DNA of 64,000 nt from Camelus ferus (taxonomy: Eukaryota). The stretch spans positions 103,976,001 through 104,040,000 of the forward strand of contig NC_045697.1 of assembly GCF_009834535.1 (NCBI RefSeq), read 5' to 3'. Within the stretch, counting starts at the first letter, position 1. Each line of letters begins with the position of its first letter. The notes under the pieces were generated by a model. That model was not told the origin of the DNA, did not search any database, and saw nothing but the letters and a program-made list of their open reading frames with translations. A program made the position numbers and the translations under genes. Shown piece after piece: positions 28,330-40,240 of this stretch.

Positions 28330-29400
28330 ATTTTGACAGCTGTCAGTTTACAGATATGATTACTTTATCTAAGCATCACAAACATTGCATTAGTATCTTC
28401 AAAAAATATACTGTGAAAGCTGCAGTTTCAGTGTCCCAAATCAATTACTGCATTCTTAAACTTGCAGTGTATTCATTTGTGGGCACTGAGGCAGCCAGTG
28501 GGAGGGTATTGATTGGAGTATAATGTCATGTGTAGCAGGAGAGAAAGATGAAAAGTCTTTTCTGCTTAATGGGTTGGTATTAAGTAGGTGGGAATGGCTT
28601 CTAATTAGCCAACAATTGCTGTGTTCCCCAGTTTCCCTCCTTTCCCTCCTCCTGCCGGTCACCAGCTGCCAATCTGCCCCCATTTTTTTTTCATTTGGAG
28701 TTCATTGCTCACTGCAGTGAAAGCCTTTGTTTAAGAAAGAGGGCTCCCAGGGTCTCAGCTGCCTGGGTGCAGCTTGCTGCGTACGATGAGTAGCAACTGT
28801 CAGTTTATTTTATCTCAACCTTTTCATCATTCTGCTGAAACTGATCGACTGAAACCACCTGAGAGAACTGAGGATTCCTTACCTACAAGTCATTAGCTAG
28901 GACTGCAACCTCTCACCACCGAGCAAGTCAACTGCACACTTCCTGAAATGCAGTCCACTTTAACCCCATGTTTCCCCGCGAACACATAAGAATTCTGTCC
29001 CTTTTTGTTTTTGAAGCTGAGTCAATGGGAGAGGGTTCCTCTGACGCACAGCATGTAAATCGGGACATTTTGCTTTGGCTAAGGTATGAAGATAACGTCC
29101 CCGTGATGGGCTTTGCCATGGTGATACCACCAATACGGGAGACACTGTTCCATCCACAGCAAAAGTGAATGTGAAATTGGAAGACATTTTACAGAGTGAC
29201 TTTATAACACCAGGTCTCAAGCCCCATTCTTTACCAACATCAAATGTGTCAGATTGAAGCCTGATTTCGCGTGCGTGTGATCCCTATGACAGCTGCTTGG
29301 CGGGTTTCCCGTTTCATTTTAGAACCCAGTAAAGACAGATTTCCCCTATACTTTAATGATACTTTGAAGACCTTTTTCTAGAGAAACCATCTAACCTGTT
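28330..29400. promoter_or_regulatory. Candidate intronic enhancer (repeat-free, CpG-enriched, TF-motif dense)
   Basis: TGACAGCTGTCA palindrome, TAATTA plus AACAAT, three further CAGCTG E-boxes, and many CpGs against a CpG-depleted background. Function is inferred, not shown. Confidence 0.45.
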
Positions 29401-29957
29401 GTATCCAGAATGCATCAAAACAGAATGACATGATGAGAAAATTCCTACCCACCCCCCGTGCCACAGTGGAGGATAACGTTTAGTAAAAATCAGTGACATG
29501 CAAACCTATTGAAAAATGATGCTCTCATATGCCATTTAGAACTGTGCACTGTGAATAGGTGATACTTAGCCATGTTTCAACCTGGGTTGGATGGGTAGGG
29601 AGGCTTCTTGGGGAAGTGAAATTTTAAAAACATTTAGAAGGAAAAAAGAAAGGTAACTGAGCAGAGAAAAAGATGATTATTTCTTATAAATGATGTGAAG
29701 TAACAAATAAGAGTTGGAATTAGGAAGGAAGAGTTCAAGGACTTTGATTTGATTTTAAAATAGATATCTAAAGGAGGCAAAAGGAAGAGATAGACTGGTT
29801 TAAAGTGCTTTCCATTTTTCATATGTGAATTTACAATATTGCTAAGAAATGTTATCTGAAGACCCACTAAATAGGTTTACACGTTAGTGAAATATCACGT
29901 ACTCATGAGGAAAAGCTAACCCGGCATTACCACCTTAAAATACAGAAAAATTTAAGA

Positions 29958-30152
29958 TCAGTTCTCACACCTGAGAATCACCTGGGGAGCTTGCTGAAAG
30001 CAAATTCTCAAGTCCCTTCACTAGAGATTCCAGTTCAATAAGTCTGTGGTAAGGCCCTAGCATAAGCATTTATAACAACCCCTCCCACCACCACCACTAA
30101 TCAGGTAATTTTTGATGCAAGTGGTCCTTGAGTTGCACCCTTGAGAAACAGC
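29958..30152. mobile_element. MER5A-like hAT MITE
   Basis: cagttctcacac…gaatcacctggggagcttg…ccttgagaaaca termini. Confidence 0.7.
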
Positions 30153-30321
30153 CTAAGGCTTATTGTGAAGTTTAAGTTTATACAGGGTATCTTCAAATAC
30201 TTGTATCAAGATAGAAAATGCAACAGAATTTCTTCAATCACAATGAACAATTCTAATGTCAATGTCATTTTTCCCTCAAGAATCTTCTACTTATAATTTT
30301 TTAAAAGAACTGTTAAAAATT

Positions 30322-30460
30322 GGGGGAGGGTGTATAGCTTAAGTGGTAGAGTGCATGCTTAGCATGCATGAAGTCCTGGATTCAATCCCCAGTACCTCCT
30401 CCAAATATAAATAAATAAATAAACCTAATTACCTCCCCCTCATAAAAACAAGCCAAAAAA
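30322..30460 (+). mobile_element. tRNA-Ala-derived SINE (camelid Vic-1-like)
   Basis: gggggagggtgtatagcttaagtggtagagtgcatgcttagcatgcatgaagtcctggattcaatccccagtacctcc with A and B boxes, followed by (taaa)n, cctaattacctccccc and an A-rich tail. Confidence 0.85.
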
Positions 30461-30469
30461 ATCACTAAA

Positions 30470-30622
30470 AATGAAGTAGACGAGACTACACTAGAAAAAT
30501 ACCAGAGTGCATCACATGTAGTAAGTACAGTTTTGTCAAACTCTTGACTCAATTGTGAATTCTACGTCACAAGGTAAACTGTATTTCTCACTGTAGGTAA
30601 GTTTTCGTCAAACAGCCACTGC
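30470..30622 (+). mobile_element. hAT-Charlie-like DNA transposon fragment
   Basis: aataccagagtgcatcacatgtagtaag…tgtatttctcactgt…agccactg terminus; subfamily uncertain. Confidence 0.45.
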
Positions 30623-30624
30623 TT

Positions 30625-31050
30625 TACCCTATTCTTCACTCAGCAGCCAAAGTGATCTTTCCGAAAAGTCAACCAGAGTCCTATTCTCAGAACTTGATGA
30701 CAGATTTTCATCACAACTGGAATAAAATCCAAAGTCATCACTATGGTCTGAAAGGTTTAAATTAAAACAGGAACCTCAATTCTTCCTGTTCTCCTACTCA
30801 TTCAATTTGTTCCCACTATATTGTTTTTGTTGTTAGCCAGACAAGCCTGGTTTACCTGGATGTCCTCTCCCCACCCTCCTAGATAGTCACAACTTGAGTC
30901 ACCATTTCAGATCAGGATCCTCTGCAAACCATGCCTCTTTTGAAAGACTTCTCTGAATCTTCTATTTAAAATAGCCCTCCCCATACGCAACCACATTCTG
31001 TCCTCTTATTCCACTTTATTTTTCCTTCATAGCACTCAGCTATTTCTGGT
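30625..31050 (+). mobile_element. L2 fragment
   Basis: cagcagccaaagtgatcttt…ggaataaaatccaaagtc…tttttccttcatagcact. Confidence 0.65.
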
Positions 31051-32250
31051 GGTTCCCTCCCAGCATCTAAACCTCTGTTTCCATGCTTAAGAAATTCTCT
31101 AACTTACAAACTTAAGTGAAAAATTGGGACTTGTTCTCACTATGGTAATTGGAAAGCTGTGTGAAGATACTCACTTTCCCAGCTTCCCTTGCAACTGGGC
31201 AGAGTTGTGTAAGCCAGTCTCCACCACTCAGCTGCACACATGCCAAACTTTGCATCAGGACCTGTGACTTGTTAAGGACTGTGCAGAATCCAGCCAGGCA
31301 AGGCATGGCATCAGGCAGGATTCTATATTGTACAGCTTCCTTAATATGCTCATGACAAGAAATTAACCTCCCAATGTGTGTGTGCTTGTTAATTTCCTTT
31401 TCTGAACTTTTTTTTTTTGCTGTTATATAAACTAGCCTTAGTATCTGCAAATCTAGAAGACTTGCCATATACATGTCTATTTGTACAGCAGAGCAGTTAG
31501 TTCTTTTGTACCCCCTGTTATCAAGTTTGTATAAATATTTATGTAGATCTAAAAATAGTTATTGAATTACACACTTTCAATTGGATCCATTTACGAATAG
31601 AGATTGTTTTAATTATAGGTATTTAAAATTTGCTTTAATTTTAGTCTATGGCTTAATCTTTCTTTGTTTCCCTTTAAATTGCTGTGCTAAAAAGAGTCAA
31701 TAAAACTCCTAAAGAGAAAGCAATAGATTGGTTTTGATCTATGTATCTTTTACAAATTCTATTTTTCTTGGCATGTACTGAGCCAGCTACCAGTAGAAAG
31801 CTGTTATTTTTTTTAAAAGGAAAATCCTATGTTAGATATAAAAAGTGACAGTATTATGCATAATTATCTATGCAATTACACTTGCATATGCTTGAAAATT
31901 TTTAGCCAGGAAATGCTTAATAACATTTGCATGGTTAAATGAGACAGCAGAAACAACTGGAAAGGCCTCAGGGCATGGTCATCTATTTAAGCATCCACTT
32001 GGATTTTCAACATAATTAGTCATATAATTGTGTGCCTAAACTTAGTAGATTCATGTAAGTAATTATAAATTATTAAAAAGGCTCTGCATGCATTGTTTTG
32101 TTCCCTGTTTCCTGCCAATCAAATTATGAAGGAATATACTCTATTGACATTTCATCATATACATCTTCAAACAAGATTACAATGTAAAGCCCTGGAAGAA
32201 AGTGAGTGCGCAAGTGAATTCACTCAATTGAGAATACTCTGTCTCTCTCA

Positions 32251-32265
32251 TAGACAGATAGATAA

Positions 32266-32297
<32 letters not shown>

Positions 32298-32311
32298 GTA
32301 AATAGATAGAT
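32251..32311 (+). repeat. (GATA)n microsatellite, imperfect
   Basis: Directly visible. Confidence 0.95.
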
Positions 32312-34180
32312 TATAAATATGTATAAATATTTATTTGAACATCAATATTTTAGGGAGTATTCCTATGATAAAATCATATTATCATTTTGTTCATCGGTCC
32401 CTACTAAGATTTTTATGAAAAAATATTGTTTCTTTTGCTGATGTTGTATTCAATACAATGAGTTTTAAATTTTTATTAATTTAGTTTTCAATTTTAATTA
32501 ATAACCTGAAGGGGGCACATAATAGCTTCCTCCTAAATTTATGGTTGATTTTCTCCTTTTCATAATCCCATTAGTGGGTGGTGATGAAAACTTGGGCCAA
32601 ACAAACCTGAATAGTAAAAATATTAACCCCAAAATTTTATGATGGTCATTTTGACCCAGATTCTCCTGGTTTTTCTCATTAATCTTCTTCTTGATTATTG
32701 ATTTGAAACTTCATTTTATTTCATATTTCTTCACTGTTATTTTAATATCCAAGTTAACAATATGTGGAGACTTGAGGAAAAGCATGTATCTTTTCCCAGG
32801 AGCATACATGATGAGCAAAACTAGAAGATCTTTGAAGGTGTTAAGCTAAACTTCCTTTAATAAGAGTGCAAAATATACTTCACTAGCTGCTGATACAATG
32901 AACTGTATAGTCTTTATTCAGAGAAATCAGACTTGTCTCACTAAACGCTAAAATTAACTGGTTTTTTTTTTTTTTCTCATTTGGGTGCCTGATTCCATGT
33001 CAGAAGTCAATAAGTGCATTCCTTTAGAGGCACAGCACCTAAGTGAGCTAACTTTCATTTTCCCTATTGGTTTGACAAAGTCCTACTTTGTTTATATTTA
33101 GGGCATGACGAAAGAACATCTATTTGGCTCAGATTTTGGATTGAAGATTTAGAAGGCAATGAAAAGATGAAAAAAAAAAACCCAAGTATGTTATTGGGTT
33201 AAAAGAGTTATGGGTAATAAATATTGCATTTAATAGTTATTTTCTTTTTTGCTACAGTAGTTCAGATGATTCAGAAAGTATATGTATTCAGGTGCATTTG
33301 TAGTGTTTTTGAGGATTCACTTCAGGATGGTCAAGACACCAGTCAGGATAAACTGGCATTAAAATTAAGAAATATGCTAGCATTTCATCTGATTAGACTC
33401 TTGGTCAATATGTCCCATACTGAGCACATTGTACCCATCCCCGAGAGGCAGGCATCATCCATGAGAAGTGAAATATATATCCAGGGATTGTTCGCCAAGT
33501 CCATCATCATAATAAGGCATTATAAATGATTTCTAATTTCTAAAAGAATATTCATCATGAAGATTATTTATTTTTCTATTAATTATGCTAAAGAACCTAG
33601 ATTATAGAAACGTTCAGTCATGTCTAGAAGTTAAAAATACAGAGAGGACAGAGTAAAAGAATTTAAAGAAAAGTATATTTGGGGACTGGGGAATATCATT
33701 TTTGACTGATGTTGTGATCCAAAAAAAATTCATAATAATGAAAATAGCAAGGTGAGAGGTAAATAGAACTAAACACTCCCACACAATGCCCCAATTAAGG
33801 GAAACTTTTGAAAAAAAATAGAATCCTGCAAAATCTGAGCCTTCCATGTGTTCATGTTTTAAATGTTACTGTTAACTTCTTTTTCAGAAGAAATCATATG
33901 GAATTGTCCCAATAGAGCCTGACCAAAGAAGGATTAAATACACTTAGAAGAGAGTCTTTTTGCCTCTCAATTCTAGCAATGGTAGAAAGTGTTTAGCTAA
34001 ACGGACACAGTATTTGGGACCCATTCCACAAGTAAAGGGACACAGACTGAAGCAGAGGTAAGACCGCTCTCTGGGAATCAGACAAACACAAAAACGGGGG
34101 ACAATAGGATCCTCCTAGAATGTCAAACCCTCCCCTCCCACTGATACAGCTCCAGCCTTTACTCTGGTTTTACTTTGGTC

Positions 34181-34207
34181 TAACCAACCAACCAACCAAC
34201 CAACCAA
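34181..34207 (+). repeat. (AACC)n microsatellite
   Basis: Directly visible. Confidence 0.9.
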
Positions 34208-35149
34208 CTTTTCATAAGCTTTTCAAACTAGTAATTAAAGACAAAGTTGTAATACAACAAGATTAGAGAAACCCAGCTACATTTTTCTTAGGAGTAGTGA
34301 GTTCAGTGTACATTGGAAAGTTAAAACTGGTCACACCATCAGCTACCACGAACTGTGAGCAGAATCTAAAAGAAGTATAGTTTTTGTCTGAGCAATCAAG
34401 AATTCTCTTTTATTGAACCAAGGCAGCAGATAGAGAAGGAGGCTCTCAGAGGGGGAAAAAAAAGAAAAAGAAAAGAAAAAAAAAGATCTTTCAACCCGAG
34501 GGATCTAGAGCTACATTATTATTTCCCAATGAAGTGAGCATTAGTTTTCTGAAGAAATACTTGGCTCCTAGGGAAGCAAACTTGTCACTTACAGAAAATA
34601 TATAAAGATGGGGAAACTGTATTTGAATGAGGAGATTAAAAATTAAGGCTCAAGTTCTGTGATCTTTTTTATTTAAAAATTTGGCTATAATTAAGTATTG
34701 ATTTGTCTTTTTTTTTTCAGCATATTTCATCTTTGGAATTATTTTATTTTCTTATCAGTTACAGAAGCCATTGAATTCTCTAAGCTCTTTCTTGAAATTT
34801 ATGAGAAGCACATTTTGTTAATCTATCATGATTTAAATGAGATTAGCAGAAAAGATGCAGAAAAAATGTTCTTAAGGTTTTTTTTTTGACATAAGAGTAT
34901 ATAAAGAATACATTTTAATGTTTTATTCCCCATTTGTCTTATCAAACTTGTTTTCTGTGACTGGGAATGGAAGTGAGACACAAAGAATTTTAAAGGATCT
35001 CTGCCCCGAAAAAATTACAGGCAGACCTACAACCTATGAACACATAATTCATAAATTGTCACACAGAGAAACGGCTATCCCAGCTCTCCCACTGGAGTTC
35101 CCACCGCTGCTAACTAGGGAGCCGCCACGAAGAATCCCGAAGCTGGTGG

Positions 35150-35560
35150 AGTCAGGGCTGGCTAAATTAAGCCATGGTAACAAACAACTGTGAAACTCTC
35201 AGTGGGGTTCACCACAATAAAGGATTATTCTGTGTTCACACAAAGTCTGCTGCAGATATGAATGGCTTTCCAGGACAAATATTCTATGTGTAGCGACGCA
35301 GTGATCCGGGCTGCTTCAATCTTGTGGCTCTGTGATTTTTAAAAAGGCTTCTTCTCCGTGATCACTGCAGTAGGGAGAGAATCAGCTGCACTATCTCAGA
35401 TGGGCTCTGCTTTGCTTTCGCCTGGAAGTAACTTTTGCTCATTGGCCAGAACCAGTCATAGAGCCCTGCCTCGTTGCCAACGGCTGAGAAATGCCCTCTG
35501 CCATGTGCCCAGGAGAGTACAGAATAAGACACTGGCAAGCACTTGTCGAAACTACTCCGT
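35150..35560. mobile_element. MaLR MLT1-type solo LTR (old)
   Basis: gtaacaaacaac…ctctcagtgg…acaataaagg and ctcattggccagaaccagtca motifs typical of MLT1J/K/L. Confidence 0.55.
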
Positions 35561-36177
35561 TCAGCAGTGGTTACTGAACCTTCTGAAAATTACATGCAGT
35601 AATTTTATGTTTTTCAGGAAAGGAGAGAGAGACATTAACTTTCACCAGATTCCTTAAGGGGAGAGTGACTTGTCATTTAAAAATTCTAATAAGCATTTTT
35701 TTTTTAAAGCCACGGATTTATATATGAGGAAAGGAAAGCTTTGAAATTCAGAATAGGTTAGAGAAGTTGAATTTAGGGCAAATTCTAAGACTTTGGAAGA
35801 CCAGTCCACATATTGGCCTCAGTTATTCATAATTAGCTTGCCCCACCCTACCTGAGTGATTTCCATTACATGATATATTACAACTAAGTTCTGACAAAAG
35901 GTAATCTTCCAACATTTAAAAAATCCTAGTTGCTCTGAATAGGTTAAAGCACTTCCAGTTTTTCATAGTAAGTTGTGAATCAATTCAATCAGACTGATTT
36001 CTTCCTGACAATATTCACAACTTTGATCCTCTGAAAAATAGGTGTCCTAATTAGGAAAGACATTAATTTGGGTGGAGGGGTAAATAAATTTAGAACACGG
36101 GGCATTTTTAAAATTCAGAAAGGTCAGATTCTGAGATATTGCCTAGTGCTTGGAAACTGAATTTAATAAAAAGTAGG

Positions 36178-36418
36178 CGTTGGGAGTTCAGGATTTGCAG
36201 ATACACACTGCTATCTATAAAACGATAAACAACAAGGTCCTACTGTACAGCACAGGGATCTATATTCAATATTTTGTAATGGCCTATAATGAAAAAGAAT
36301 ATGAAAAAGGAATACATATATATATAACTGAATCATTATGCTGTGCACCAGAAATTAACATATTGTAAATCGATTGTACTTCAATTTAAAAAATTAAATG
36401 TTTTACAGTTAAAAAATT
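36178..36418 (+). mobile_element. Short L1 3'-end insertion
   Basis: gataaacaacaaggtcctactgtacagcacaggg…gctgtgcaccagaaattaaca. TSD aaaagtagg at 36169-36177 and 36419-36427. Confidence 0.85.
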
Positions 36419-36559
36419 AAAAGTAGGTTTTTCAACAAATAGTCCCAGTTCAGGCATTCCTCGAGCACTATTCCTTGCCAGGCACTGCGGCAGCTGCTGG
36501 GGCTGTGACCACAACCACAGCTGCTACTTATGCTATGATAATGTGTCAGTACTACTTTG

Positions 36560-37135
36560 CATTTTATTGTTAGAGTGCTTTTAGCTGCAAGTAACAAAAA
36601 ACCCAGCTAAAAGGGGCTTAAGGAATAGAGAAATTTATGTCACATAAAAAAAGGTGGTGGTGGAATTCTAGGCTTAGATAATTTAGCATGTAAGGATGTC
36701 ATTAAGGATCTAGATTCCTCCTCTGCTTTCCCACTACCGTCCTTGTCATTTTGATATCTTAGTCACATGCTGGGTACGGCAGCTCCAGGCATCACATATT
36801 CACACATCAACATTTAAAAGTCAGGAAAAAGGGGATCTTCTTATTTGGACCCCTTTTTAAGAATGAAGAAAACCTTCCTAGGAATTCCTCAGATTTTCTC
36901 TTATATCATTAATTATAATTGTGTCACATATCCTCCTGAAAGCTATCACTTGGCAAGTATAGTGAGGTCAGAATGGCTGGCTTATATTAGTAAATACTCA
37001 ATCCCTGGGGATGGAGAAGGGCCTAACCTTCTGGCAAGGACATAGAGGCTTTAGGAGGGAGAACAGTCAGGGTTCTTTTAGCAGGAAAGAATTTAGGCAG
37101 TGGCCACTGGGGAGGCAACCAACAGGGTTTTCCAC
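36560..37135. mobile_element. MaLR MLT1-type solo LTR (old)
   Basis: gctttta-gctgcaagtaacaaaaaaccc…gcagctccaggcatcacat…ggcaaccaacagg. Confidence 0.6.
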
Positions 37136-37849
37136 ACAGATGCATTATGTCACTGGACCTTCAGGGCAAGCTTGACGAATAGGATTGTCATCTTCCTTTA
37201 TAGCTGAGGTAACAGGTAAAGTCACCCAGGTCCACCAGCTATGAAGTGAAACAACTGGGATTCAAACAAAGAGACTGTCTGACTTCAAAGCTCAGACTCC
37301 TCACTACACACTATCTGGTGAATTTGGTCAAAGAAGACTGCCCATCACTGAAATATGCGTTTTCCAAATTCATAGCCTTGTCTCTTTTGAATTTACCTTA
37401 ATTCTGTACTTCAGTTTGTCTGTCTAAAAAGCCTTACAGGAGCATTACTGTAGAGTATGACTAGGGAACTTTGAAGTAATTGGGTTTCAGATTATGTAAT
37501 GATTCTTCTGATAAATCTTTATTTCTTCTTTCCCCCTCCTCACTATATGTTGATATACTTGTAGTATTATGGGAAAAACAATGTAAAGGACTTATGTGGG
37601 GTTTATTGCAAATCATATTGAGGACATGATGCTTTAGAAACCCATACTAATTCTTTTGGCATCTCTTTGGCAATCTTTTCCAGGATTTCCTTAAATTTAA
37701 TTAGAGCAAAGTGAATTTTAAAAGCGTAAGTATTTTCTGAGAAATCTACAAATCATAGATTTAAAGAACCAAAGAGAAACTCAGAGATCATATAGTTTAA
37801 CCACCTCCCTATACTGATTTTACAAATGAGGAAACTAGGGTAACATTGA

Positions 37850-38620
37850 AAATCCCAGTTCACAAGGATGCTGGGAATAAAAGACTTACTATATGAAATA
37901 AGTATCTATTTGATGTATCTTACGTCACATGCAAACATTCTCACAATAATAAAACCAACATCAACACCAATAACATGACTACTGAAAACAGTTTAACTTT
38001 TCTGCAGGGGAGGGCTGCATTTTTTAGGATTTAGCCACCTAGAGACACACAGTCCAATTTCTCTGTTTTAAAGCTACTTGGGATATTTTCTTTCTGTGTG
38101 ATTATGTCACCAACTGGATACACATTTAGGATCATTAGTTTTTATTTTTATATTTTTAGAGACTGCTTTCGCTTTTTCAAAATTTACTTTTGTTAGTGCT
38201 CCTTGGAGAAGAGGCTGATTTCAGATGTGAAGTCAAAGACGTATATTGTAAATCTGAAACAACGCTCATACCAGATAGCAAGGAAGCTATCAAAACCCAC
38301 AAAGCCTACAGCAGAGGCTGTTTTGCGGAGGCTGGGATGATCTGGGACCAAAAGATGCTCGGGGTAAAAATGGATCACTCATCCTAAACCAGATTGTTTT
38401 TACAATCCAAGAAAAAAGATGGAAATCAAAATAAATCCCCTTTAAAGAGACCCAACCACTAAGCAAAGAGAATATAGCTTCAAAAACAGGGGCTTCCCCC
38501 AAAAGAGATTGATGGGGTAAGCACTAAGAAGTTCAGTCCAAATATTGAGCTATTGTGGTCCCCAACTTGACAGCTGTCTGCCTGGCTGAAACTGAAGGTA
38601 CTTGTATAGAACCAGATTTC
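37850..38620. mobile_element. Old L1 (L1MC4-like) 3' UTR fragments, apparently in two orientations
   Basis: gctccttggagaagaggctgattt…ataccagatagcaaggaagctatcaaa resembles the L1MC4 3'UTR in sense; the preceding block resembles it in antisense. Confidence 0.5.
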
Positions 38621-40240
38621 CTGTTTAATTTACATTTAACTCAACATTTGTTATAAACTCCACAATACTTTGTCATTACTTTTGCTTTCAGTAGCCGATT
38701 ATTTTTTTCAAGCAATTTAAAAAAGAAAAATATTTTATTTTTACTGACACATTTCTCATTTCCATGCTCTTCATTCTTTGTAGAAATTCTAGATTTCTGT
38801 CTAGATTCATGTTCCTTCTGTCTGGAGGAGAGCAATCAAGAATTCTCTTTTATTGAACCATTTTGGTTTAACCATATTGGTTTAACTTCCGTATTTCTTT
38901 TGCTTAGGGTTCGTGGAGGTTCTTGGATCTCTGGGTTTATCGTTTTCATCAAGTTCAGAAAGAAAATCATTCATTCATTGTTTGTTAAATTTTTTTTCAG
39001 TGCTCTCTTTTCCTTTCTTTAGGATCTCCAAATTACTCACATATTAGGCTTCTTGAAGTTGACCCATGCTTCTCTGACATGCTCTGTTCTTTTCTTTTCA
39101 GCATCTTTTACCTCTGTGCTTCATCCTGGATAGTTTCTATTGCTATATCTCCAAACTCATCTTCTCCTTTGTTTTATCTAAATCTGTGGCTAATCCCATC
39201 CAAGTTGTTTTTTTTTTTCCATCTTGGATATTTTATTCCTTACTTCTAGAAGTTCAATTTGGCTTTTTAACATATCTTTCCTGATTCTATACGTTTAATC
39301 TTTCCACTACATCTTTGAATATATGGAATGTAGTCTTAACCTTTTTATAACCAGGTCTGCTAATACTATCATCTGCTGCATTTCTGGTTCAGTTTCTATT
39401 TATGTATTTTCTCTTCATTATGAGTTATTTCTCCCTGCTTCTTGGCATGTCTGTGTCATTTTATTTGGATGCCCAATATTGCGCATTTTACCTTGCTGGG
39501 TGCTATGTATTTTTCATTCCTATAAATATTCTTGTGTTTTGTTCTAGGATTCAGATAAGCTACTTAGAAACAATATGAGTCTCTTGGTACTTGTTTTTAA
39601 ACTTGGGTAGGTGGGACCAAAGTAGCCTTTCATTTACAGCTTATTTTTCTCTACTATTGAGGCAATGCCCTTTTGAGTTCTCCACCTGATGTCCCATGTT
39701 TTATGAGGTTTTTTCCATTCTGGCTGGTGGAAGCACAAACTCCTCCCAGCTCGGTTTGAGATTAGGTTATTGATCTGCCAGAGTCTACTGGGTGGTACTT
39801 TTCCTAGCCTTCAGTAGTTTCTTTACATGCACATAACTGATCAGTATGCAGATGACTCTGCACACCTCTCTCTTTCCCTCTCTCGCTCTCTCTCTCCTTC
39901 TGCAGCTCTTTCCTTTATAGTACTCTTTGCTCTGAACTCTTGCCACCTGGGTCTCCCTGAACTTCTTATTCAGTCTCCTTAACTCAGGGAGTCTGCTGGG
40001 CTCCGCCCTGGCTCCCCTCCTTGTGTTATAGCCCGGCAACTCCCTCCAGGCAGGACGCTGGGAAAATTACACAGTTCAGCTCATTTGCTTCCCTTTTCTC
40101 AGGGATCACTGTCTTGTGCTGTGTGTTGTCCAATTTCTGCACTTTTATCTTCCATGTTTTGTTTGCTTCCTTGTTTGTTTTTAAGACAGGAGGGTAAATC
40201 TTTTCCCTGTTATTCCATTTTGGCCAAAGAGCAAAGTCCC
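38620..40240 (-). mobile_element. Old L1 (L1ME/L1MC-like) 5'/ORF1-region remnant
   Basis: T-rich antisense L1 motifs (ttcttggatctctgggtttatcgttttcatcaag, gatagtttctattgctat, cttctagaagttcaatttgg). Confidence 0.6.

Noticed and set aside
30322..30400. tRNA-Ala(AGC)-like sequence
   Set aside because: The acceptor stem and T-arm are degenerate, it is followed by a SINE body and A-rich tail, and a second diverged copy with a TSD sits at 52780. This is a SINE, not a tRNA gene.
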